DNA of 64,000 nucleotides from the human T2T-CHM13v2.0 reference genome, Homo sapiens, in assembly GCF_009914755.1 (NCBI RefSeq), contig NC_060934.1; one strand, 5' to 3'. The notes under the pieces were generated by a model. It was not told where the DNA came from. It saw nothing but the letters and a program-made list of their open reading frames with translations, and ran no database searches. The stretch's first letter is position 1. The number at the start of each line of letters is the position of its first letter. Shown one piece after another: positions 31,401 through 49,483 of the stretch. The position numbers and the translations under genes were made by a program.

Positions 31401-32121
31401 TTTTATTTCCAGTCTAGCTGGTGGGAACAGGCATTAGTCTTTCCTCTCTTAGTATAACGGGTACAGCTTCCTCTAATTTATTTCAGGTGGTTCTTTTCCC
31501 AGTCTTAATAGTTTTCTGATATGAATGTATTATATTACCCAGTAGTTTGTTGAATATAGAAATTCTCTGCGGAATCTTGTGCAGTTCTACAGAGCCTTGC
31601 TCTGTATCTCCTTATTATACTGTGTCCAGTGAGCTTTAGCCATTGTAGTTTTCTTAGACTGAATTTCATCTCTGCTTAATAATTCTTCCAGGTATTCCTG
31701 GCTTCACAGTCCCTCACTATGGCATGGAAATGCTCTCAAAGCATTAAGCATGGGCAATAAGAGGACCCATTCATTTATTTTCCATCTCCTAGTGACCACT
31801 GGACTTCATTTTCTGATGTCTAGTGTCTAAAAAGGCATTTTCACTTATGTAAATTGTCCCTAACTTGAGTTTTGAAGAAAAGGATAATTGAGTTTGATAG
31901 GCAGTATAAATAAATATACTTAGAACTCATAAGTACACGTAGGACTCCAACCATAATTGGGTATGAGTAAATTTAAGAACAAAAAGATAAACATTAAGAA
32001 AATTGGTGAAATTAATACAGCAATTAATTTCAAAGGTGATTGGTGAAATTAAAGGTAAAAAGAAACAGAAAGAAAGATAAAACGTTAATGTGTAGATGAT
32101 ATACTCTAAAAAATAGAGTTT

Positions 32122-32416
<295 letters not shown>

Positions 32417-32483
32417 AAAATAGAGTTAGAGCTACTATATAAAAGTATAATAATATACCAGAACAATATACCAAACTTCCTTC

Positions 32484-32773
32484 TTTTTTTTTTTTTTTGA
32501 GAGACAGTGTCTTGCTCTAATGCCCAGGCTGGAGTGCACTGCTCACTGCAGCCTTGATCTCCTGAGCTCTAGTAGTTCTCCCACTTCAGCCTCCCCAGTA
32601 GCTGGGACTACAGGCACATACCACCATGCCTAATTTAAAAACAAATATATTTTGTAGAGATGAGGTCTCATTATGTTGCTTAGGCTGGTATTGAACTCCT
32701 TGGCTCAAGAATTCCTCCTGCCTCGACCTCTCAAAATGCTGGGTTTATGGGTGTGAGCCACTGTGTGTGGCCA
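32484..32773 (-). mobile_element. AluJ
   Basis: gctcactgcagccttgatctcctgagctc and gaggtctcattatgttgc, AluJ-type diagnostics. Confidence 0.9.
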
Positions 32774-32779
32774 AAACTT

Positions 32780-34070
32780 TCCATTGTTAAAATAATAACA
32801 CAAATCTGAAAATAAAACACAAACTGACATTACTGAACTAAAAGCAAACATATCTAATATCACTAAATGTAAATATGACAAATTTCTCTATAAAGCAAAA
32901 TAATTTATATTAAATCACAAGGCAAAACTTCAATTTGAAGTCATGTAAAATAGATACACATAAAACAATTTGCCTTAGAATCAAATAAAATATAAAATTT
33001 GACCATAGGATGCAGACAACTACATACAAAATTTAATAATGAAGGTTTGCAGTCTTAACAATAGGAAAAGCTGATTTGACTCAAAAATTGTTAAATAAAA
33101 CATAAGTTATTATTGGCACCAAAAATTGAAAAAAACTGATTATATATATGTATGTATATATATATATGATTATATAAAATAATATACATGTTTAAAGAAA
33201 AAATATATCAACATAGAAAAAAGATACATTAGTCTGTAAACATATAAAGATATAGAAAACAAAGCAACATATTTAACAACTTATATAAGAATTAAATGTA
33301 CTTATATAATAATTTTTACTGTGGAAGCACAGAATACACTTTATTTTCTTTTTTGTTATGCAAATTTTTAAAGACACTTCTTTCAAAAAAATGGGATACA
33401 TGTGCAGAACGTGCAGGTTTATCACATAGGTATACGTGTGTCATGGTGGTTTGCTGCACCTGCTGACCTGTCCTCTAAGTTCCCTCCCCTCAACCGCCAT
33501 CCCCCAACAGGCCCTGATGTGTGTTGTTCCCCTCTCTGTGTCCACGTGTTCTCATTGTTCACCTCCCACTTATGAGTGAGAACATGAGGTATTTGGTTTT
33601 CTGTCCCTGTATTGGTTTGCTTATGATGATGGCTTCCAGCTTCATCCATGTCCCTGCAAAGGACATGATCTCATCCTTTTTATGGCTGCATAGTATTCCA
33701 TGGTGTATATGTACCACATTTTATTTATCCAGTCTATCATTGATGGGCATTTGGGTTGGTTCCATGTCTTTGCTATTGTAAATAGTGCTGCAATAAACGT
33801 ATGAGAATACACTTTATATTTTCAAGAGTTCAGGACACATTTACAATAATTGGCCACATTTTGGACAACAAAGTAAATGTCAATAAATTAAATGAAGTAA
33901 AATGGTATACATGAAAGTTTCTGATCACAATTTAGTAAAACTAAAAATTATAAGAAAACTAGAATAAAATGAAGCCAGCATTAGAATTACAGGAAATGTG
34001 AACATATATATTAAGTCTCATATCAGAGAGGATATTTCAACTGTATTTTTAAAATATATATTAAAAAGTT
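32780..34070 (+). mobile_element. Old L1M ORF2 endonuclease-region remnant, interrupted by an L1PA8-like insertion
   Basis: cagaatacacttta..ttcaagagttcaggacacatttacaataattggccacattttgg; ttctgatcacaat (SDH motif region). Confidence 0.6.
33345..33803 (-). mobile_element. 5'-truncated L1PA8-like 3' end
   Basis: aaaaaaatgggatacatgtgcagaacgtgcagg...tcctctaagttccctcccctc; TSD agaatacacttta at 33331 and 33804. Confidence 0.9.
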
Positions 34071-34079
34071 GTGCTATTC

Positions 34080-37000
34080 TGTTTCCAGTATGACCAAGAA
34101 AGTTCCTATCACACCAACTTTCTGATAAATAACAACTATAAATTCTGGAAAAAAGTAACATATCTACCTAAAGGCAATAGAGAGTGAACAATATCTGCAG
34201 TCATTGGAGGAGTGTTGGCACTTGAAAGAAGAAAATGAAATTGAATGAAATTCCATGATTTATTTTTTACAGACTGTAGCTTGAGAGTAGGCCATAGCCA
34301 ATGCTTTCTATGGTAATTCAGACTGTGAAGAATATGTGTAGTCTTACTGACTTGAAAAACCAGAGTTTGAGGCAAATATTGCCACTAGCAAATAAAGAGT
34401 AAGTCCCAGAAAACAGAGAGTAAGAGTTAAAGAGCCCCACATTCTGTGATAAAGTCTTCCCTGCAAAAAGCCCACTGGAATTCAGTAAACATCAGAATTA
34501 TGATGACAAAAGAAATGGTAAGAAAATTTGAAGATTTTAAATAAAAAGTATCCAACTTGAAGAACAGAATAAAAGATAAAAGACTAGATACCTAGAAACA
34601 CGGCTTCATGTACTTGTGAAACAATATAAAAAGATGTAACATACCAGTAATTGGAGTCCCAGAAAAGAAAAAAGAGAAAATGTGGCAAGAAAAAAATGGC
34701 CAAAAAGTTTACAAATTTGGTGAAAAGCATAAATTTACAAATTTGAGAAGTTTAATGAATACAAAGCAGGATTAATAAGATGAATAACTATATATAGGTA
34801 TGGGCAATAATACTAACATTGTAATGTAACTATTTTATTTATGTAAAGATAATACATACAACAATTTTAGTGCAAAATTTTGTGGGGAGATAAATGGTCA
34901 TGCATGGTTACAGGTTTCCCCTGTTTACTTGAAGTGGTTCAATATTAGCTTTAAATAAGCTGTAAAAAGTTAACCCACATTATTGCCTATGTCAAGCATT
35001 AGAAAAATAATGCAAAAAGGTGTGGCAAAATGCAATCAATAATTTAAAATGAAATTTCAAGAAAGAGTCAAACAATTCAAAAGGCAGCCAAGGGTAAACA
35101 GAGAAAGGGAAATCTAAGAAAACAAAGAATAAAATGAATATTACTAGTTTATTTTAAACGTTTTATTATTTGTTTAATTATTTTACGATTAACATAAAAT
35201 CATTAAAATAATATAAATATTACAACATATGTGAACTATAAAATAATTTAATAAAATATTTATTATTAATGTTTATTTTAAATATTATTTATATTCTTTA
35301 AATGTTATTTAAATGTTACAAAATTAAATGCAGAGGTTGTCAAATGGTCACAAAAAGCATTATTTGCCTGCATACTGTGTACAAGAAATATCTTAACTAT
35401 AAAAGCAAATATAGGTAGAAAATAAATGATAAACAGAAGACGTATCATGTGGACAATCAGCATAAAAAGGCTGATTGTCACTAGCAAATAAAGAGTAAGC
35501 CCTAGAAAACAGAAAATAAGGTTAAAGAGCCCCACATTCTGTGATAACTATATTAATATCACATAAAATATACCTTAAGGCAATGTTAGCTGACAGAGAT
35601 AAAAAAAGAATATTTTATAATGATAAAAATGTCAATTCAAGTATAAGATATACAAATTATATTTGTAAAGTCACATGAAGCACAACTGATAGAATTAAAG
35701 ATAGAAATAGCCGATTCTAAAGTCACTTTTGAAAATCTCAACATTTAGAATTTTCTAACCTAAAAATTTCTAAAGCAGCTACTTTAATAAGTCAATTTAA
35801 CAGTGTCACAGAACACAAGGTTAATATAAAAAAATAAATACCTATATTTATATACCAAAAGCAAAGGAATCAAATATGAAAGAAAAACATTTATTCCCTT
35901 AAAATATCACCAACAAGCTAAATTAAGAGATGCATTTAACAACACTTATCTAAAAGCCATACACTGCAAATTACAAAAATACTACTGAGAAAAATTAAAA
36001 AACAGGAAAGTAATGAAATGACATACTGTTTAGAGACTCAGTATTTATAAGATGTTGATTACTCCAAAATTGATCTATAAGACTCATGCAATTCCAAACA
36101 ATATTTCTAACAAGTTTGCATTGTAGCAATTGGTTAATTCTAAAATTAATATTTATATAAAATGGCCCCAAATATTAAAATAATCTTAAGAATAAACGAA
36201 GTTGAAAGACTTACACTACCTGACTTTAAGATTCACAATAAATCTACAGTAATCAAAAGAGAGTGATAGTTACATAGGGTAAAAATCTAGAATAATTTAG
36301 CATAAGAGAGATCCCAAAAATAGACTTAAAATTTTATGTGATTTTTGATAAAGATGCCAAAGCAATCCAATAGGAGAATGAAAATATTTTCAAGAAATGG
36401 TACGGTAGCATTTGGATATTTATAAAAAATCACTTCAATCTTTACCTCACAGTACACATAAAAATTACTTTAAGATATATACAAAAACTAAATATATTAG
36501 CTAAGTCAGTAAAGTTTTTATAATGAAAAATAAAAGTAGAAGGCTATATTTATGACTTAGAGGCATGCAATCTCAACTTATAAATAGCAAAATAAAAACA
36601 CGTTAAAAACAATAAACTAACTTCATTATAATAGAAAAATCTGATTATAAAAGGACACAAGAAAATAAACAGACATGCTACAGGCTAAGAGAAAATATTC
36701 ACAAATATATCTGACAAAAGACTGGTATATAGCATTTATAAATAGTTGATGCTGCTCAATACTATAAAGATGAAAACCTCAATTAAATAATGGGTAAAAT
36801 ATTTGAACAGAGAGTTCACAAAGCAAGATATTGAGAAACAGGAATCACATGAAAAATTTTCAATATTGTTATTTATCATGGAAATGCAAATAAGACCACA
36901 ATGAAATCCACTACATATTCATCAGAATATTTAACATTAAAAATGCTGAGAATACGAAATGATTGTGAAGATGTGAAGGAAACAGACCTTTCATATTTTT

Positions 37001-37490
37001 GAGGTAGAAGTGTAAAATGTTAAAAAAAAAAGACAACTCACACACTAGAAATGTCAAAAAGAACAAATCACACATTCTAGCAAATGTTATTGAGAATGTG
37101 GCACAACCAGAGCTTTCATCCATTTTTGGCAGGTTTGTCACTTGGTATAAACAGCTTGGAAAGCTGAAGCTGAATTTATGCATGCTCTATGATCTAGTGA
37201 TTTATCTCCTAGGAATAGGCATATATGTCCAGGAAAAGAATATATTTAATATATTCATTTTGATCAGTTTAGACATTTTTTTAAAGAACACTTAATATGA
37301 GATCTATCCCCTTAAAATATTTTAATATACACAATACCGTATTGTTAATTATAGATACTGTGTCATACAACAGAACTCTATTTGTTGATCTGATGGATTG
37401 TTACACAAATATGAAAAATTGTCAAGCTGTATACTTATGCTTTGTGCCCTTTTCTGAAGATAGGTTTTACTTCAATAAAATTTTACTTTA
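34080..37490 (+). mobile_element. Old, heavily deleted L1ME-like element(s): 5'UTR, ORF1 and ORF2 remnants, 3' end
   Basis: ataacaactataaattctgg 5' motif; gtaattggagtcccagaa (ORF1); cttacactacctgactttaag (ORF2); AT-rich low-complexity insert at 35135-35320; short antisense L1MA/MB 3' fragment at ~37275-37385. Confidence 0.7.
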
Positions 37491-37691
37491 AAACAGAACC
37501 ACTGGGAGTAATGTCAGCAAAGTGGTAGATTAGGCGGCCCCAACCTCTCATCCTTCCACAAGAACATTGATAAACAACCAGAAACTCAGAATGAATTTTG
37601 TCAGAACGCTGGAAAACAGTTCAAAGTTTGCAAGGAAGTAAGGGCTGAAATAAGTAAAAGGCAACTTGAAAATGACAGGCAAGCATTCTGA

Positions 37692-38011
<320 letters not shown>

Positions 38012-39087
38012 AAACCACAGTGTTTTAACTCACTCCTGTCCCATTCCCCTTTTCATGTGGCAGATCTTAAAGCAGCAGCAGCCAAGTGTGGATCCTGGTC
38101 ACTGAGTCCAGAGACAGTAGGGCAGATCTTATTCTCAAATTATTATGTGTGTCTCTTGTAAAAACTGATATGAGATGTTTACCTTTGTTTTACTTAACTT
38201 GGAACTCAGGGTAGAAAAGTGGTAGTCATTGTTCAGTAAAACCGTAAGGTAAACTAACTACCTGCAGATGCCTAGGCTAAAAGATTACAGTTGAGACATA
38301 TATTAAGCCTTCTAAAGCCCTGGAAGAACAGCTGGGGAGAGTCTTTGAGGAATTAGGATATTCAAAAGTACCCATGTATAATATGATGGAGTTTAGAAAG
38401 CAACATGCATGCCCAGGCAAGGCACAGGCTCAAAATACCTAAAAAGACCCAAAGCTTTCTCCTGGTGGTGGTCTCTCAGTTTGATGCAAGCCTGGCTGCA
38501 TGTTAGAGTGCCCCAGAATAGAGCCAATCTGCAAACACTGGAAGAAGTATTTGGTTTTCTGGTGTTCAAGGAAGTTTCTGGCAATATATTAGCTGAACAC
38601 CAGATAAAGAAGTAGTGACATCAGTGACTACACACAAGAAGACATACTGTATTTGCAAAAATAGTTTGGAAAATTTATTAAATAAATGGACTACTATAGT
38701 CTTCAACAATCAATGAAACAGTAAAATCTGGGGAGGGGAGAGAATCTGATTTCCAAAGTTACCATATTATATTATTCAAAAATCCAGTATTCAACCAAAA
38801 AAAAATGACAAGGTATGCCAAAAAATAGGAAAGTATGACACATTAAATGGAACAAAAAATACAGAAACTATCCCTGAAGAAGCTCAGACATTGAGCTTAA
38901 CAAAGACTGTAAATCAACTATTTTAAATATGTTCAAAAAGTTGGAGAAAATACAAACAAAGAACTAAGGAAAATCTACAAAAATGAACAAAATAAAAATA
39001 CCAGTAAAAAGATAGACAAAAAAATTAAATTAATTCTGGAACTGAAAAGTGTAAAAACTAAAACACAAAATTTACTGAAGGAGTTCA

Positions 39088-39569
<482 letters not shown>

Positions 39570-40218
39570 TTACCTTATTAGAAAGGGAAACAAGTAGAGA
39601 GAATCTTTGAAGAAATAATGGCTAGAAGCATACCAAATTTGATGAAAGACATGGATCTACTAATCCTACAAGCTCAATGAACTCCATGCAGGATAAACTA
39701 AAGTAGACCTACATTAAGATACATTATAATCAAACTGGCTAAAGCCAAAGACAGAAAGATCTTAAAAGTAGCAAGACAAAAAGAAGCAACTTATTATATA
39801 CAACACATGGTAATATTAAACAATTTCTCATCAGTAGTCATAGATATAGTAAGTAATGAATAACATATTTAAAGTGTTGAAAGAAAAAGTTGTCAACAAA
39901 TAATTCTATATTAGGGAAAAATGAAGGAGAAATCAAGACATTCCTAGATTAAAAAAAAAAAAAAAACTGAGCAAGTTCTTCAACACCAAACCTGCCCTAA
40001 AAGAAATCCTAAAATGAGCCCTTAAGATTAAAATGAAGGGATACCAGCCAGTAACTCAAAGCCATGTGAAGTATAAAGATCTCCAGTAAAAGTAAATATA
40101 TGGACAAATAGAAAAGCCAATATCACTGTACTTTTGTTTACAACTTTACTTTTTATTTTCTATGTGACTTAAATCCAGAAAAATAATGATAAATCTATGT
40201 TATTAGACACACAATGTG

Positions 40219-41115
40219 TAGTCAGGCATCACTTAACAATGAGGATACATTCTGAGAATTGTGTTGTTAGGTGATTTTGTTATTGTGCAACATCATGGTA
40301 TACTTACACAAACCCATATGCTATAGCCTACTACATCATACCCATGGTAAGTAGGATAGCCTATGGTTCCTATGCTACAAACCTGTGTAGCTCATTAGTG
40401 TACTGAATACTGCAGGCAATTGTAACACAATGGTAAATATTTGTGTATGTAAACCTATCTAAACATAGAAAAATACAGTAAAAATACAAAATGAAAAAGA
40501 TGATACATCTGTATATAGTACTTAACCATAAATGGCACCTGCAGGACTGGAACTTGCTTTGGATGAGTCATTGAGTGAGTGGTGAGTGAATGTGTGAAGA
40601 TCTAGGACATTACTGTATACTATTATAAACTTAGGCTAAATTAAATGTATAAGAAAATATTTTGCTTTTTCTCAATGATAAATTAACCTTAGCTTATTGT
40701 AACAATTTTACTTTACAAACATTATAATTTTTTAAAGTTTTTGACTCATTTGTAATAACACAGCTTTAAACACACTGTACAGCTGTACAAAAATATTTAT
40801 TTACATCTTTACTCTATAAGCTTTCTTCTATTTAAAAATGTTTTGTTTTTACTTTTTAAACTTTTTTCAAAAACCTAAATGACAAACACACACATTAGCC
40901 TAGGCCTACACAGGATAAGGATCATTAATATCACCCCCCTCCATCTCCACATCTTGTCACATTATAAGTTCTTCAGGGGCAACAACAAGCATGGAGCTAT
41001 CATCTCCTATAACAGCAATGCTTTCTTCTAGAATACCTCCTCAAGGACTGCCTGAGGCTGTTTTACAGATAAGTTTGTGGGTTTTTTTTTATAAGTAGAA
41101 GGAGTATATTCTAAA
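40219..41115 (+). mobile_element. Tigger3b/MER7-like DNA transposon, truncated at the right end
   Basis: agtcaggcatcacttaacaatgaggatacattctgagaattgtgttgttaggtgatttt terminus and typical internal sequence. Confidence 0.85.
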
Positions 41116-41660
41116 ACATTTACCCAAAGAAGATATACAAATGGGCAGTAGTCACAAGAAATGATACTTAACATCAACAGTCATCAGAGAAACACAAATC
41201 AAAACCACAATGATGTATCACTTTATACCTACTAGGATCACTATAATCAAACAAAATGGGAAATGACAAATGCTGATGCGAATGTGGAGAAATTGGAACC
41301 TTTGTACATTGCTGGTGGGAATGTAAAAAGCTGCATCTGGCTGGGACATAGTTTGGTGGTTCCTCAAAAAACTAAATATACAATTACCATATGACCGAGT
41401 AATTCCACTCCTAGGTATACACCCCAAAGAACTGAAAGCAGGAATTCAAAGTAATGTTTGTATGACCATGTTCATTGCAACATTTACTACAAAGCCAAGA
41501 GGTGAGAAAAACCCAAGTGCCCATCATCAGATGAATGAATAAACTAAATGTGGTATATACACAATGAAATATTATTCAAGCCAAAAACAAGTGAAGTTTC
41601 AATATATTCTACAACATGAATGGACCTTAAAAACATTATGGTAAGTGAAATAAGCTAGAT
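41116..41660 (+). mobile_element. L1MB-like ORF2 3' end
   Basis: ccaaagaagatatacaaatgg...aattccactcctaggtatacaccc...aaacattatggtaagtgaaataagc. Confidence 0.85.
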
Positions 41661-41732
41661 AGAGAGACAGATAGAAAGAGCGAGGGAGGGAGGGAGGAAA
41701 AGAGGAAGAAGAAGAGAGAAAGAAGAGAGATA
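41660..41732 (+). repeat. GA-rich simple repeat
   Basis: agagagacag...gggagggagggaggaaaagaggaagaagaagagag. Confidence 0.8.
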
Positions 41733-42278
41733 AGGTTAACGAGTAATTGTAAATTACGTAATAGTGGTTTTAAACTCTAAAACTTAAAAAGGGATTCTTT
41801 GTCCCAGAGGATTTTTGGAAATGTGTTGCCATAACAGCTTAGAATGCTGCCTATATGTAGCAGTCCTGTACAATGTAGAACTTCCCACCCAAAAGTTCAA
41901 TAAGTAAGTCTCCTTTAAGTAAAAAGGAAATACTCTAAAATACTACTGAGAGACATGAAAGGGAGAAATAGAAAATGATATTATAATCTTAAGTAGAACA
42001 TTCAGCATCATAAAGATGGAAGTTTTCTCCATTATTTCATATCTTCAATATATTTCAAATTTTATACAGATAGATGGGTGGATAGATCAGTATATATACA
42101 AGTATATATATAAAATAATTCAATATCCATATATATCAATATATACATTAACCAAAATATATATCAATACATACACAACAAAAATTGACTTCAAAAATAT
42201 GTATCAATGCAAATTCAAAAATAATCAATAGAGATATTTTGTATATATTATATATTATTTTAAAATTATAGACCTCAA

Positions 42279-45536
<3,258 letters not shown>

Positions 45537-45579
45537 AAAATTATAGACCTCAAATATTATTTATATGTTATTTTGCTTT

Positions 45580-46870
45580 CACCATTGTGTAACCATAAAA
45601 GCAAACATTGAAGTCCACATTGAAAAATAAAAAATCAAGTATAATCCTGAAAATTCTGAGATCTCATGCAATTAGTAAGAACAAACTCAAGCAGATACTG
45701 ATACGTACTGTAAAGCCAACAAAACATTGTGGCACTGGCACATGAATAGACAAACAATGAAAGAAAAAGGATAGAAATGCCTAAAAATTCCCTGGGAATG
45801 TAGTGTGTGATATAGATTGAATTTCAAATCACTGAGAAAAATATATTTAATTAATTGTATTGGTAAAACTAGGTAGCTACCTGGAAAAATAATGAAATTG
45901 AATTTATATCTCATATGTTATGAGGAAAATAAATTGCAGTTAGATAAAATATTTAAATGGAAAAAACATAACAGGAGTGGAAAATAAAACAGTAGAACAA
46001 TGGGGACTTACAAAATATCTTTGAATGGGAAGGATATTCAAAGTATGGCACAAAAAATTATAGTTTTTGTCTATCTGGAAAGAAAAACGAAATTTTAATA
46101 TAGTGTGGTGAAAATACGGTAAAAAAATTAGAAAGTATGGTCCCAAATCTAGAAGCCATAAAAGATTAATAACATGAAAACAAACATGTTAAAAATGTCT
46201 TTAGGGAAAGAAATACAATATATGAAGCCAAAACCGTATTTTTAAAAATGTGCAAAATATTTGCAATAAAACTCACAAAGTTCTAATTGCTCTTATGTAT
46301 AAAGAACAACAAGTTAATAAAATCAATAAAGGAGATGAATGGTAAAAGTAATGCCAATTGCCTTTGACATGCAAAATACTGTTTAGTCTCTAATAACAAG
46401 ATAAATATGAATTTTTGAATTTTAAAAGGTCACTAAGATACCACTTTCTATTAAAAATGTTCAGATTGTTGGAGAACACAGCATCTAATAACCACTATGC
46501 TGGAGATTTTATCAGAAATGGACACTCCCACAAATACAAAAAATTGTATATATATCACAGCATATTTACAATAATTTGTTAAACTCTAATTAGCCAAAAT
46601 CTAAACATATATCACCAGGTGTCTTGTTTAATGGCTACATGTGAAATAATATGCAGCTCTAATGCCAGAAAATGAGGAAGTTCTTTGTATGCTGATAGGA
46701 AACATTCCTCAAGATAAATGTAAGTTAAAAAAAAAAGTAAAGACCTATATGCATGCATGTTAGAACTGTAGGGGGTAAAATCTGCATGTCGTGTGTGTCT
46801 GTATATAAAGGATTCCTTGTATATATACACCATATCCTACGAAGGATGCACTAGAAACTCTCATTGTTTG
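45580..46870 (+). mobile_element. Old L1ME-like ORF2 3' part and 3'UTR remnant
   Basis: tgtggcactggcacatgaatagacaaac; gaggaagttctttgtatgctgataggaaac. Confidence 0.65.
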
Positions 46871-47869
46871 TCTCTGAGAGTCTTCCTTCCCATATTATCC
46901 AGTTGAAAGGTGGAATATATACTGCCTCGATTTAGGACAGAAGTTGGTTGTTCCTTTGCGGATATGAGGACTCCCAGTAATCTTTACAGATACCACACTG
47001 CCTGTAGATCATCCAGAAGGTTGATAGCTTAAAAATATTTCATCATTGTTCAGTTCCCATCTGTTCCCCTAGTGGACAAATCCTCCTTCAGCTTTCTGGG
47101 GCATTGTCACCATCTTGGAATGGGGTTGTCTGGTCCTAGACATCTAGAGGCAGGTATGGAGGGAGTATTCTTCCTCGCTGGTTAAACTGATACTGGACAG
47201 ATCCAGTCTCCTATTTCAATAAGCATGAACAATACTGAAGAAAACACTCCTATTTTTCATGCTCAGAGTTGCCCATGAGTGAGTAGTCAGAGGTCATCTT
47301 GGTGAAACTTATTCATTTGTGTAGACTATAAAGTTCACCCAAACAAAGATGGGTAAGTTTCAGAGTCAGGGATGATGAATCTATATATTTAGATTATATA
47401 TATACATATAACCTGGTCCGGTTCTATATTCCCTTTTCTAGCTATAGTCTGATGGATAGGCATCTATGGTAAGCAGCATTAGCAAAATAGGTATGGTGCA
47501 TGGCTATTTCATGACTGTGTTTTGAAACCATCACATTCAGGAATTCAATTCATTTCTGCTTAATGCTATAAATAATCTATTCCATAAAGTAATATGTGTT
47601 TTTTTTCTCTCTTAGTAATATGTTTTCTATTATGTTTGACAAATCTACAAAGAACAAAAGTAAAACTCCATGGAGTGGAAAGGAGGGACTGATACTAAAC
47701 ATTATCTGTAAATGATTACAGATAATGTAATCATTTTATGATATTTGCTAAAATATAGTAGACAATAATGCTAAATTAATCCTAAATTAATCTTTTTCTG
47801 CCACTGGGCTGTAAAGGGGCTATGAAGTCCCACAGTTATATTATGCCATGAGTCCTGTTCTCCGTTGTA

Positions 47870-48720
47870 AAGATGGATTTAAGCCACTGTCATCTCCTGC
47901 CTACATGGCGCCAACATCCTCTGTTCTGGCTCCTGTCTGCTTGACTCCTGCCATTCAATGCTTAACATTGCATCAAGAAATATCTTTCTGAAAAACAAGT
48001 CTAATTATGTTACTTCCCTTCTCCATACCTATTCATGTTTTCCCTCAAAGGAGGGTAACATGGTATCTTAGCATGACAGAAAAAGCTTTAGATTACCTGG
48101 TCCAACACAGAACTATCTACAGAGTTGGTGCTTAATAAAGAAAGACTTGCTCAATGGGCAATCAGTGGTTTCTACCAAAGAAAAGAAAAGGAAGCACAGT
48201 GATGGGAGTTAGCTCTTTCATTTCACCCATATTTTCTGAGCATTGACTTTGTGCAGGACATTGGGGTAGGGGGAAGGAAAGATTTTCAAACCAAAAATAT
48301 GTACTTTATCTACCATATTTCTTGCTCTAACCTTTAGGAACCGGAGACTCTAACAGGGAATACAAGGATTGTATGCAAACTACCGTGTGGTTATTACTTG
48401 ATAAATGTGTTAAGAGAGTTCAGCCAGAGATTCACTTTCAACTGAGGGACTCAGAAGTTATAGACACTTGATCTGGGCTTTGATGAAGGAATAGGTGCAT
48501 GAGAAGGGGCAAATCTGCAGAGCCTAGGAAGAACCCTCTGGTATGGCAAGTTCAGCAAAGAGGCACACTTCTTCATGCTCTTTGCCTATAATGTGGGGAA
48601 TGTTAGGATTGGCAATGAGTAGTAAAGTTGGAACCCTAACATGAACAGGGTCCTTGGAGGGTCTTGATTGCTAGTAAATTATAAGTTGAGCCTTCTCTGT
48701 AAAGATCCTTGAGGCCCCAG
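47870..48720. mobile_element. L2 fragments in both orientations
   Basis: tctttctgaaaaacaagtctaattatgttacttccct (+); cttgatctgggctttgatgaaggaataggt (-). Confidence 0.55.
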
Positions 48721-48954
48721 ATAATTATCTGCAAAGCCGGAACTCCGGGTGTTTCCCTCCCAGCCTACCCTCCTTACTTGTAATTCATTCAGGCTCACTC
48801 ACTGCTCCTGCCTCACACCCTGTGACATCAGGCTGTAGTCAGCTTCTTGCTACCAGGGGAATTTGATTCCCCAAATTATTCTTCATGTTGCTTTACACTT
48901 CCCTAAGCCTCCACTTTCTTCCCCAACAGACTAAGAAACAAGAAAGGAAACAGA

Positions 48955-49130
48955 CAGACCTGCATTCTAATCATAACTCTTCTACTTTTAGATGTGTGAC
49001 CTTGGGCAAATTACTTAACCTTTCTGAGCCATCTGTAAAGTGGTGATAATAATTTATATCTTAGAGAGATGGTATTAGGATAAATAAAATGTTTAAGCAC
49101 GTAGCTCTTAGATGTTTCACAAAGTGTTGT
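48955..49130 (+). mobile_element. MIR
   Basis: tgtgtgaccttgggcaaattacttaacctttctgagcc..tctgtaaagtgg. Confidence 0.85.
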
Positions 49131-49483
49131 CTTTCCATGCCAGACTCCAGGCCCAATCAGGTCAAATTTAGGGGCCTAACCACCCTGCCCCCATCCCCAG
49201 ACTTCTATTAGAGCAGCTTAATGAATTCTCAACTGTGATCATTATTAACTCTCCTGGTTTCTTGCTCAGAGGCTAGAAGACAGTGTTACTCAGCAAGCCT
49301 TAAAGGCTCCTGTTAAACTAGGCTCACTAGCGAGGTTAAAAGCGAAAGACTTGACCTATTCTGGTATTTTAGCTGATTCACATTAGAATGGCCTATGTAA
49401 CACCTGGAGGGGAAAGATAATGTCCTACTTTGTTTAAGCTAGAAGGAAAAGTAATTGAAAATTTATGAAAACAAAAACAGGTG

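Noticed and set aside
35135-35320. AT-only tract as a structured element (also 33135-33190 and 42060-42260)
   Set aside because: Low-complexity AT DNA whose inverted matches are expected by chance.
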